A stretch of DNA of 64,000 bases from an uncultured virus (IMG/VR IMGVR_UViG_3300006467_000197) (lineage: Duplodnaviria > Heunggongvirae > Uroviricota > Caudoviricetes), in IMG/VR virus record IMGVR_UViG_3300006467_000197; one strand, 5' to 3'. The translations under genes and the position numbers were made by a program. The notes under the pieces were generated by a model. That model saw only the letters and a program-made list of their open reading frames with translations, did no database searches and was not told the DNA's origin. Positions 10,150 to 18,402 of the stretch are shown piece by piece (position 1 is the first letter of the stretch; each line of letters begins with the position of its first letter).

Positions 10150-12042
10150 TCAGGCCAGCCCAAGAAGCTCACGACGCGCTGAAGTATCTTTGCCGATTGT
10201 GGCTTCAATATTCAATTGCATCTTCTTGTTGAGTGGCTTCAGCCGAATGACTTTTCGTGTTTCTGTATTGAATGCGATATTATTCAAGGCGTCTCTGCTA
10301 GCCTCACCCCAACCCTTGAAGCGGGTAACGTTCAAACCAGTCTTGCGTTTAGCTTTCGTTTGTATCTCTTTGAGAGACGCGCCGTAGAACTCTTGATCCT
10401 TGTACGTACCACGGAACAGCGGAGCCCGGACAACATACACCATTCTTTTTTCAAAGAGCTGAGGCATGTAACGCGCAAACAAACCAGCTAGCATTGCGTT
10501 GATGTGCTGGCCGTCCTCATCCGCATCAGACAGAAAGAAGATACGGCCAACGCGAAGGTTCTCTAGCGGATTGTCTGCAGCCGGGTTGAAACCGACGGCT
10601 TGAAAAATAGACAAGATGGATTCGTCTTTGAAGACTTTTGCATCAGACTCTTTGTACGGGTTTGTAAACTTGCCTCGCAGCGGCAACACTTCCTGAAACT
10701 TCGGATCGCGCGCTGCCTTTGCAGTACCACCAGCTGAGTCCCCTTCGAGAATGAATAATTCACGCTGTTCGGGTTTCTTAGAAGAAGATACTGCAAGCTT
10801 GACCGGCAACAGGACTTTACCACGTGGAGACTTCAGTTTAGCCGCAGCAGCTGCCGACACTTTGAAATTGTGTTCGTTTTCCTGCAGCTTCGCAGCGCGT
10901 TCCAGCAAAGTCTTGAGCGTGGACTTGTTTGCCTTGAAATATTTAATCAAGGCGTCGGTTGCCTTGGCAACAATCCCGGTCGCCTCTTTCGAAGTCAATC
11001 GAGACTTGGTTTGACTGTCAAACTTTGGGTGATGAATGGAAACGTCAAGAACAGAAACAATCCCAGACTTGAAAAATTTGGGTTGTAGCTTTGCTGCGGC
11101 ACGTCCACCAACCTCTTTCATAGCGTGCATGATGATCTGGTCAAAGGCTTTTTGGTGCGAGCCACCAAACTCTGTCAAACCGCCTGACACATAAGAGCGC
11201 TGGATTTCGTCGGCCTGATCGGTCCAAGCCAAAGCAATACGGCAATCCGGCGCCTCATATGAAAAAATATCGGAAACCAGCTCTGCCTTCGCCTCTTCAG
11301 CGAGCGTAGGCAGGAAGTCTGCTAGGCCTTTTGTCTTGTAGGTGTACGTCGCAATGCCTGCACCCTTCTCGGTATCAGCGTGAGTGATAAGCTCAAACTT
11401 CACACCGGGGAGGAAGTAAGCGGCAGTGCGCACAATGCGATGGATTTTTTCATAATCAACTTTGGCATTACCGAAAACTGCAGGGTCCGGAATGAACGAT
11501 ACCGCCGAACCTGACTTGAAGGCTGGCGGTTCTTTGTTGACTTGCGGCGGTCGTTTTGGCGAATGAGACTTTACAACTTTCGTCTTTGCTACACCTTTTG
11601 AAAATTCCTGACGATGCCACCCCTTCCGGTTAGACCAAATTGTCATAGACACCGCAAGTGCATTCACAACAGCCGCACCAACTCCGTGAGTACCGCGAGC
11701 AGACTTGTACGCGCCTGTATCAACCGTCTTACCACCAGCGTGCAAATGCGTGAAAATTGTTGTGAGAGTTGATTGACCCTTCATATCTTTGGAGGCACCA
11801 GTCGGAATACCCCGGCCATCATCCTGAATAAATATCCAGTTCTCTAGCGCAATTACCAGAATGCGTTTGCCACCAGACTCACGGACTTCATCTGTTGAGT
11901 TGTCAAATATTTCACGGAAGCAATGGACAATACCATCGCTGTCAGTCGTACCGATATACATTTCCGGACTTTGTTGAACCGACTCAGGATAATTGAGAGC
12001 ACGAATCGAACTTTCGTCGTAAGCTTTTTTCTTGCGCGCCAT
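10150..12042 (-). CDS. gyrB: Type IIA topoisomerase subunit B (GyrB/ParE-like)
   Basis: PEMYIG, EIFDNSTDE, DDGRGIP, LHAGGK, GTHGVG; TOPRIM EGDSA, PLRGK, DADEDG. Confidence 0.96.
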   Translation of the reverse strand: MARKKKAYDESSIRALNYPESVQQSPEMYIGTTDSDGIVHCFREIFDNSTDEVRESGGKRILVIALENWIFIQDDGRGIPTGASKDMKGQSTLTTIFTHLHAGGKTVDTGAYKSARGTHGVGAAVVNALAVSMTIWSNRKGWHRQEFSKGVAKTKVVKSHSPKRPPQVNKEPPAFKSGSAVSFIPDPAVFGNAKVDYEKIHRIVRTAAYFLPGVKFELITHADTEKGAGIATYTYKTKGLADFLPTLAEEAKAELVSDIFSYEAPDCRIALAWTDQADEIQRSYVSGGLTEFGGSHQKAFDQIIMHAMKEVGGRAAAKLQPKFFKSGIVSVLDVSIHHPKFDSQTKSRLTSKEATGIVAKATDALIKYFKANKSTLKTLLERAAKLQENEHNFKVSAAAAAKLKSPRGKVLLPVKLAVSSSKKPEQRELFILEGDSAGGTAKAARDPKFQEVLPLRGKFTNPYKESDAKVFKDESILSIFQAVGFNPAADNPLENLRVGRIFFLSDADEDGQHINAMLAGLFARYMPQLFEKRMVYVVRAPLFRGTYKDQEFYGASLKEIQTKAKRKTGLNVTRFKGWGEASRDALNNIAFNTETRKVIRLKPLNKKMQLNIEATIGKDTSARRELLGLA

Positions 12043-12069
12043 ATTCATCCTCAAATTTGAATATTGTTG

Positions 12070-12106
12070 AAAACCCGCCTGCAGTATCTCACCACAGGCG
12101 GGCTTC
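12070..12106 (-). terminator. Intrinsic terminator
   Basis: CCCGCCTG/CAGGCGGG stem followed by TTTT on minus strand. Confidence 0.65.
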
Positions 12107-12128
12107 AGTCAAGTAAGCTTGTTATTGC

Positions 12129-12575
12129 TTACTTTTTACGGCGCTTCTTGGAAGCAGTTTTGCCTTTGGCGGCTTTGCCTTTGGCTTTTGCTTTTTTGGA
12201 AGTGCCACCTTCATCGTCGAGCTTGTCAACAAAAGAGGTGATTTTTGCGTTGGCTGTGTTCACGGTCAATTTGGTATCGTTGACAATTGCCGTGGCGTAT
12301 TTTTCATGAACTTCATCAAAGAAGCCCTTGCCGCTGACAAGCGAAGCAGAGCCTGCTTCTTCGATCACGAAACCAACTTCGCCAATGTCACCAGAAACAG
12401 CAACAACATCAGACCATGCAATTTGCTTTTGGCTCAACTTGGGACGGCGTGGTTGTTTGTAACGAATGGTGACGTAAGAGCCCGCCTTCATATCGACAAT
12501 TTCGCCATTGTACGTATTGTATCCGGGCGCGACTACATCGATCACCGATTCAACATCAGAATTTTTCATGTTCAT
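12129..12575 (-). CDS. Small beta-rich protein with basic tail
   Basis: AAGGA RBS; tail KKAKAKGKAAKGKTASKKRRKK. Confidence 0.8.
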   Translation of the reverse strand: MNMKNSDVESVIDVVAPGYNTYNGEIVDMKAGSYVTIRYKQPRRPKLSQKQIAWSDVVAVSGDIGEVGFVIEEAGSASLVSGKGFFDEVHEKYATAIVNDTKLTVNTANAKITSFVDKLDDEGGTSKKAKAKGKAAKGKTASKKRRKK

Positions 12576-12614
12576 TTCCTTACTTCAATTCAACAGTAAA
12601 CTTGAATATTCAAG

Positions 12615-13067
12615 TTACTTCTTTTTCTTGCCCTTGCCTTTGGCCTTACCCTTGCCTTTGCCTTTTTTGGGCTCATCATCTTCATCGTCTTCATCTTCAT
12701 CGTCTTCATCATCGTCGTCTTCATCATCGTCGTCATAGTCATCGTCGTCTTCGTCATCTTCATCTTCATCTTCATCATCATAATCGTCATCGTCTTCATC
12801 ATCGTCGTCTTCGTCGTCTTCGTCTTCGTCGTCCTCATCATCGTCTTCGTCGTCTTCGTCATCGTCTTCGTCTTCATCATCATAATCATCATCGTCGTAA
12901 TCGTCGTCATCATAATCATCGTCGTCGTCGTTGTCTTCTGCACCAGCATCGAGGAATTTTTCAGTGATGGCGTCCAGCAGATCGAACGAATCCGGATCAT
13001 CCGAGACCAGCTGCTCGATTTTCTTCAGAAGCGCTTTGACAGCATTTTTGGTCGGCTTTTTGGCCAT
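12615..13067 (-). CDS. Extremely acidic low-complexity protein with Lys/Gly tail
   Basis: GGAGA RBS; about 90-residue D/E tract with scattered Tyr, then PKKGKGKGKAKGKGKKKK. Confidence 0.85.
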   Translation of the reverse strand: MAKKPTKNAVKALLKKIEQLVSDDPDSFDLLDAITEKFLDAGAEDNDDDDDYDDDDYDDDDYDDEDEDDDEDDEDDDEDDEDEDDEDDDDEDDDDYDDEDEDEDDEDDDDYDDDDEDDDDEDDEDEDDEDDEPKKGKGKGKAKGKGKKKK

Positions 13068-13079
13068 GAGAAGTTTCTC

Positions 13080-13394
13080 CTAGTTGTTTCCCGCTTTTGA
13101 AATATTGCTGTTACTCGCGGGGCCAAGCTCAGCAATCTCTTTGTTCGAAAGGAAGAGGTCACCTTCCATAACAATCGCAATGTTTACCGCCTTGATACTA
13201 TCTGGCTTAGATGAATTCATACCAGCGTACCGAACTTGGCATCGTACAATGCGACCCGGACCAATGTTGGCGTGGCTATTCACACCAACTTCATCTTTAT
13301 GAAAAAATATCTCCCTTGTTGAACCATCAATCTTGATTTTGCCGTGCCCTGAATTTTTATTGAAACGCAGGATCACTCCCTGTAGCAGCGTCAT
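13080..13394 (-). CDS. Cold-shock domain (OB-fold) protein
   Basis: GVILRFNKNSGHGKI and EIFFH resemble RNP1/RNP2; KAVNI. Confidence 0.75.
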   Translation of the reverse strand: MTLLQGVILRFNKNSGHGKIKIDGSTREIFFHKDEVGVNSHANIGPGRIVRCQVRYAGMNSSKPDSIKAVNIAIVMEGDLFLSNKEIAELGPASNSNISKAGNN

Positions 13395-15031
13395 TTACCC
13401 CGGCCTTTCGCTTTCTTTGGTTTCGTCTTTGGTTTCGGAGCGGTCTTAGACTTGCGGTCAGGTGCAGTCTTTGTACTCTTCGAAGTCTTTGAAGCCTTTG
13501 GTTTCGACTTCGACTTTACTTTCTTGGCGGCTTCCGTAACCGCTTTCTGGATTGCTTTCTTGGCCGCTGATTTAGACGTTTTTTCAATAACGTTCTCAAA
13601 TACGTTCGTATCAACGTCACCTTTGGCGTCAGCATTCGTGATACGGCGCAGGTCTTTGAAGCACCACTCACGAATATTCAAAATCTTTGGCTTGATCTTC
13701 AGCTTCTTCCAAACAGCTTCTACGTCCTCGGGTGTACCGGACACTTCGGCTAGGATAAGGCGTTTGAAGTCATCCCAATGAGGTTTCTTTTCTCCAAAGA
13801 ATTTTTCACAAGTGATACGACGAGAGTGCACCGTAGCCAAGTTACGGCGGACAAGATAGAACCAAGTGTCAAACACTGGATCGATGCCGCGACCTTTGCC
13901 GCGACGGTCGCGAGTCCAGATACGCATTTCGACACGGGTGTAGGGAATAGAGTTCTTATTCTTCTGGTTTAAAAAATAAACCATCTGATAATAGTCTTTT
14001 CCAGTGTCGATGTCGTTATCGTCGTCCGAAGGTTCCTCTACTGAGGTTTCCTCACACAACGTCCACAGGCCTTGTTCCTTGCCACCACTCCACAACGCCG
14101 GGGTTGTCTTCATAGAAGATGGAGAAACCGCAGTCAGCCACTCACGAACACTTGAATATTGACGGAGCGCATTACCGCCCCATTCCTTCCATGCTGGCCC
14201 TCGGCCATTGGCATTGATATTCTCACGCAGTTGGTTAGCACCAATGATAACAAAACCTTTGTTGACCAATTTTTCAACAATGAGAGGAATACTTGTCGAA
14301 AATGCTCTGGCTTCCTGTCCCATTGCCTTACTGCGCTCATCGTCTTCTTCGACGTTGTTCGGAATAAGGGCGGGATAGGAGTCGATTCCAATAAAGCCAA
14401 CCAGATCATCATCAGCATACGCATATAGAAATGTCTTCTTACCACGCTTCTCTTTGAATACCGCATCAGGATCACCAAGCAACGCCATTTGCGCTTGGCC
14501 TTCCTTCGTGTCCTCTGCCTTAAACATCCATGACTTGTTCTTTACTGAATAAAACTTGTCAGGAAGACGAACAAGAATCTTACGCAGGAACTCGTATGTC
14601 TTTTCGAGGTTTTGGACAACGTGGATACGTGGTTTGAACATATCCTTCGTCTTGGTAGAGTCTGACATCATATCTGAAATATCCAAACCGCCAAGCAGGG
14701 CAATTGTATATTCAGGGTCGTTACCTACCGTACCTTCAGCATCCCGGAGAATGGTGATAGGCACTTTAGCGCGGACCATGTTGCCAAATATGGTTGTCAT
14801 TGCCGTAGACTTACCGGCTTTTTCAATAGCCGACAAAGTATACATGCCCGGAACCATACCGCCACCCCATTGCATATCTAAGGCAAGGATGCCGGTCGAT
14901 ATTCGTTTCTTTGCAATGAGGGTGTTCGCCGTCAGATCATACTCGTCTTCAACTTCCTCAATCATACCCATAAGAAGTTTCTGATTGAGCTTCACAACCT
15001 TGTGAGGTTTAGTCGTCGGTTTCTTCGCCAT
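13391..15031 (-). CDS. RecA/UvsX-like recombinase
   Basis: ISTGILALD..WGGG, Walker A EKAGKST, DAEG, Walker B IGIDS, NQLRE, GGNALR. Confidence 0.9.
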   Translation of the reverse strand: MAKKPTTKPHKVVKLNQKLLMGMIEEVEDEYDLTANTLIAKKRISTGILALDMQWGGGMVPGMYTLSAIEKAGKSTAMTTIFGNMVRAKVPITILRDAEGTVGNDPEYTIALLGGLDISDMMSDSTKTKDMFKPRIHVVQNLEKTYEFLRKILVRLPDKFYSVKNKSWMFKAEDTKEGQAQMALLGDPDAVFKEKRGKKTFLYAYADDDLVGFIGIDSYPALIPNNVEEDDERSKAMGQEARAFSTSIPLIVEKLVNKGFVIIGANQLRENINANGRGPAWKEWGGNALRQYSSVREWLTAVSPSSMKTTPALWSGGKEQGLWTLCEETSVEEPSDDDNDIDTGKDYYQMVYFLNQKNKNSIPYTRVEMRIWTRDRRGKGRGIDPVFDTWFYLVRRNLATVHSRRITCEKFFGEKKPHWDDFKRLILAEVSGTPEDVEAVWKKLKIKPKILNIREWCFKDLRRITNADAKGDVDTNVFENVIEKTSKSAAKKAIQKAVTEAAKKVKSKSKPKASKTSKSTKTAPDRKSKTAPKPKTKPKKAKGRGK

Positions 15032-15050
15032 GATAGCCTCTTATAAAAAA

Positions 15051-16160
15051 TTAACGGCGGCTACGCTTCTTGGACTTGGAAGACGAGCGAGAGCTAGACT
15101 TACCCTTCTTTTTCTTTTTGCTTCTGCGGTCCTCTTCGTCCAGATCGTCTTCTAGGTCTTCAAGAGGATCGCGTTTCTTTTTCTTCTTCGATGATTTGGA
15201 CTTAGACTTCTTGGATGATTTTTTACGACTACGACGATCATCTTCATCGTCATCATCTTCATCGTCTTCATCGTCCATATCGATGTCATCATCTTCATCG
15301 TCTTCATCGAACGGATCACGGCCTTTTTTCTTCTTACGACGCTTACTTGAAAAATTATCATCATCGTCGTCATCACTGGCTTTAGATACAAGGCGATCCA
15401 TCAAGCCTTTGACGTTCTTCTGCGCTTCGGAAAGCGACTCTGCCATTGCCGGTCCTGCAATTTTATTCAAGTTCCAGTACAGAAGTTCAAGTTCTTCTTT
15501 TGATACGGAGGATTTGTCACCGCGCTGAATATCGTATTCACCGAAGCCTGCAGAGCCGCCTTTTTTGAGATTGATTTCAACATCGCATCCGTACTTGAGG
15601 TCGGACAGCGGAAATGATTTTTCAATCTTGCCGCCGTCACGGGATTTGACCTTACGTCGGTTCGTCTCCGACATACTGATCAGTTTGTTTGCAACGGTTG
15701 TTGGAAGGTCCACAACGCGAACAGGGCTCCAAGTCTTCGAACCTTTTTCTTTCGTGCAGACTTTAAATGGGTCGTCTTTAGATCCGAGATTGATCTTCTT
15801 TTTTTCAGACCCGAGCGGTGGTGCAAGCTTGCGTGGTTCTGCTTCCTGCAGTTCACGGATAATTGCGTTTGCATAGTAGCGGGTACTGACACGAGTGTTC
15901 GGTAGATGCTCACAGTATGGGCAGCCATTCGAATCGAAAGTCTCAGTATCAGGGTTCCAGTTGAGGCAGACTTTCGGTAGGGATTTCTTCTGACCTTCTT
16001 TATTCAGAATATCAATCCAGTGGAATGCCGCAGATGTAACCGGGCCGACAAGTCGAATAGCTGTGTAATCCTGATTAAATTTGAACAGGTCTACAATGTC
16101 TTCAACCTTAATGTTCTCGCCTTTGGATGGTGCTTTGGTACTGCCCCATGCTTTTGCCAT
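15051..16160 (-). CDS. Single-stranded DNA-binding protein (gp32-like)
   Basis: IRLVGP, HW...C...CPYC Zn site, YYANAI, GCDVEI; charged tail; next to recombinase. Confidence 0.75.
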   Translation of the reverse strand: MAKAWGSTKAPSKGENIKVEDIVDLFKFNQDYTAIRLVGPVTSAAFHWIDILNKEGQKKSLPKVCLNWNPDTETFDSNGCPYCEHLPNTRVSTRYYANAIIRELQEAEPRKLAPPLGSEKKKINLGSKDDPFKVCTKEKGSKTWSPVRVVDLPTTVANKLISMSETNRRKVKSRDGGKIEKSFPLSDLKYGCDVEINLKKGGSAGFGEYDIQRGDKSSVSKEELELLYWNLNKIAGPAMAESLSEAQKNVKGLMDRLVSKASDDDDDDNFSSKRRKKKKGRDPFDEDDEDDDIDMDDEDDEDDDDEDDRRSRKKSSKKSKSKSSKKKKKRDPLEDLEDDLDEEDRRSKKKKKGKSSSRSSSKSKKRSRR

Positions 16161-16337
16161 TTTGGCATTCTCCTATTATTTCACGTCGAATACAATTGAA
16201 CCGGCTTTGTAGGCCAAGCGGTCACCGAGGTGTTTACCTCAAAGGGATTCTGCGGGGGAAAGAAAAGTTTGATAGGTGTTGAAACGGACTTTAGTATCGT
16301 TTGTGATAAACAAGGAATCGATCTTTGGAGAATTGTC

Positions 16338-16616
16338 ATGGCTAGAAAAATTGATCCCGCGTTTGCTCAGGCCGCTTCAGCTGCAGCCAAGAATTCAGAT
16401 AAGCCGGTATTGACTGACCGATCATTGAATAAAAAGAAAGAGCTTCTACGCCCTGTAACAATCCATGTTGATATGACTTGGGAAGAGATTCAAGCAGCTG
16501 AAGAACACAACCGCAAAGTTAAGCAACAGCAACAATCTCTACTTCGGCAAGCGAAAGAGGAGGGTCGTATACCAGTCACAGACGGCTGGCGTAAGGTTCC
16601 TGTGTTTAAAGGCTAG
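16338..16616 (+). CDS. Hypothetical protein (lone plus-strand gene)
   Basis: GGAGA RBS before MARKID; upstream TTGATA-17-TAGTAT. Confidence 0.75.
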   Translation: MARKIDPAFAQAASAAAKNSDKPVLTDRSLNKKKELLRPVTIHVDMTWEEIQAAEEHNRKVKQQQQSLLRQAKEEGRIPVTDGWRKVPVFKG

Positions 16617-17584
16617 TTATTTTTCAGTGTAGAAGCCAGCAATGCTTTCTGCTCAGCATTGAGGTAATACGGTATCTCCATATTGAGAAACGCGTATTGA
16701 GCTTTTGGTAGTTTAGCCAGTATATGGCTCACCTTGATTCCAAAGTTATCGTCTTCAAGTAATTTTTCAGGGGTGAGGTCGTCAGCTGAAGTCGATGCTT
16801 CATCCATTTCAACGGACAGGTTTGAGATTGCGTAGTCGCCTGCGTTGATCGTATTGGTAATCCGACGACGCTCCCCAGCTGATACAGAGAATGAGTTTCC
16901 GTATTCGTGCTGAAACTGTGGGTTTGTGTGCGCGTCCCGCATCCACATTCGAACATAGCTTATCAACGTGCCCTTATCAGATGAATATTTATCGATTGCA
17001 CGTTGAACACCGAGCATCATGTTCTTATACATATCATCCCAATCAATCGCCAGCACAGTGCCGCGCACAATTGAATCTGTTGTCGAACGTGCAAGGTTTT
17101 CAAACTGCATTATAATTGTGTTGCGTAATTTTTCATACTCTGCAACCCAATAAGACGCTTCGGAAATAGCGAAAAACAAGTCGGAGGATTTGCCGCCAAT
17201 CTTTCGGTTGACCGACTCAACAAACAAACTGATGTCTACAGACTTTGCCGAGTTGATGACTTCAGTGCAGTATCGATCAGCATAGTTTGAAATATTCACA
17301 AGAGCACTGTGGATGAGGTTTCGCTCGACTTGCGCACTCATTAAGTGCGTGACTTGAACCGTTGGATTGCGGGAGCACATTGCAGCGAACAGATGACAGT
17401 TCGCTTTCTTCTTTGGGACTGCCGAAACGCGGCGACGCCCATCTGTGAAGGGTTGGCATATAATCTCGCCAGCCAAACGCCTCACGAATTGCGAGGCTTT
17501 GGCCAGCGGATCAATTGCTTTTTTCAAAAGGTGACTCAGAATCCAATCGATTTGTCCACCAGAAAGACCATGTGTATCAACCAT
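16613..17584 (-). CDS. Phage RNA polymerase sigma factor (sigma70 region 2)
   Basis: DDMYKNMMLGVQRAIDKY..DKGTLISYVRMWMR matches regions 2.2-2.4. Confidence 0.8.
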   Translation of the reverse strand: MVDTHGLSGGQIDWILSHLLKKAIDPLAKASQFVRRLAGEIICQPFTDGRRRVSAVPKKKANCHLFAAMCSRNPTVQVTHLMSAQVERNLIHSALVNISNYADRYCTEVINSAKSVDISLFVESVNRKIGGKSSDLFFAISEASYWVAEYEKLRNTIIMQFENLARSTTDSIVRGTVLAIDWDDMYKNMMLGVQRAIDKYSSDKGTLISYVRMWMRDAHTNPQFQHEYGNSFSVSAGERRRITNTINAGDYAISNLSVEMDEASTSADDLTPEKLLEDDNFGIKVSHILAKLPKAQYAFLNMEIPYYLNAEQKALLASTLKNN

Positions 17585-17607
17585 GGCAGTATGTTTACCG
17601 GGTTTAT

Positions 17608-18393
17608 TTATTCACCCCATTGTTTCCAGCAGCCGGGCCGTAATTTATTCACAGCTTCAATCTGTTCCTTGTTGAGTTTGGCCTTAAGTTCCTTACGGAT
17701 ACGTACAGCGGCCTTACTTTGAGCAGGGGTATAGGAATCCCAGCTGCTATCACCAAACATGCCGGAAGCAAGCGCATAAAGAAGATCAGCGACCTCGCCA
17801 ATCGTTTTAATTTTCAGCTTACCTTTGCCTTTGGAGCGCTTCAACACAGCAATAAGTGGACGTTGTTTCGGATCGTTGTTGTGATCCTCGAACGAGCCTT
17901 CCTCAGCCCAACCTAATTTTTCAATGAGCTTGTTGCCAAATGAAGTTGTGAAGTCAAACGCAGAATCGGTCAGATGGCTATTCTTGGTAAAGGCGTTTGC
18001 CGTATCAACAAAACCCTCTGATGCGGATAATTCAAAGAATTCGTGCAAACTCTTGACTGAAGCCTTTGCTTTCTGCTTGGCGATCTTGACCAGAGTGCGG
18101 CAACCTTTCTTGATGCCACTGGCAATGCTACTCGGGTTGTCGCTCTTGACTTTGAACCAGAATGTTTTGCTGGTGCCGTCAAAGCCAATAGTGATCTTTC
18201 CATCTGAAAATTTACCACGGAAGCCTTTTGGATGCTGCCATGAGCCTCCGCTGGAAGTGAAGCCTGATTTTTCAAATGCTGCCTTAACGGCGGCGCTTAA
18301 AGCTTCAGCCTTCTTGTTCTTCTTTTCTTTAGAGCCGAACATGCTGGTCTCAGGGGAACCAGATGTTGCTATGATTTTTTCACGAATGCTCAT
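17608..18393 (-). CDS. Modular basic protein, possible virion-internal
   Basis: GAGGA RBS; two modules separated by KAKASV...ELSAS. Confidence 0.75.
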   Translation of the reverse strand: MSIREKIIATSGSPETSMFGSKEKKNKKAEALSAAVKAAFEKSGFTSSGGSWQHPKGFRGKFSDGKITIGFDGTSKTFWFKVKSDNPSSIASGIKKGCRTLVKIAKQKAKASVKSLHEFFELSASEGFVDTANAFTKNSHLTDSAFDFTTSFGNKLIEKLGWAEEGSFEDHNNDPKQRPLIAVLKRSKGKGKLKIKTIGEVADLLYALASGMFGDSSWDSYTPAQSKAAVRIRKELKAKLNKEQIEAVNKLRPGCWKQWGE

Positions 18394-18402
18394 GTTGTCC
18401 TC

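Noticed and set aside
12508..13000. Poly-Ser, His/Arg and Met/Thr ORFs; possible tandem repeat or CRISPR
   Set aside because: Alternative frames of the GAY/GAA codon tract; no repeat-spacer structure.
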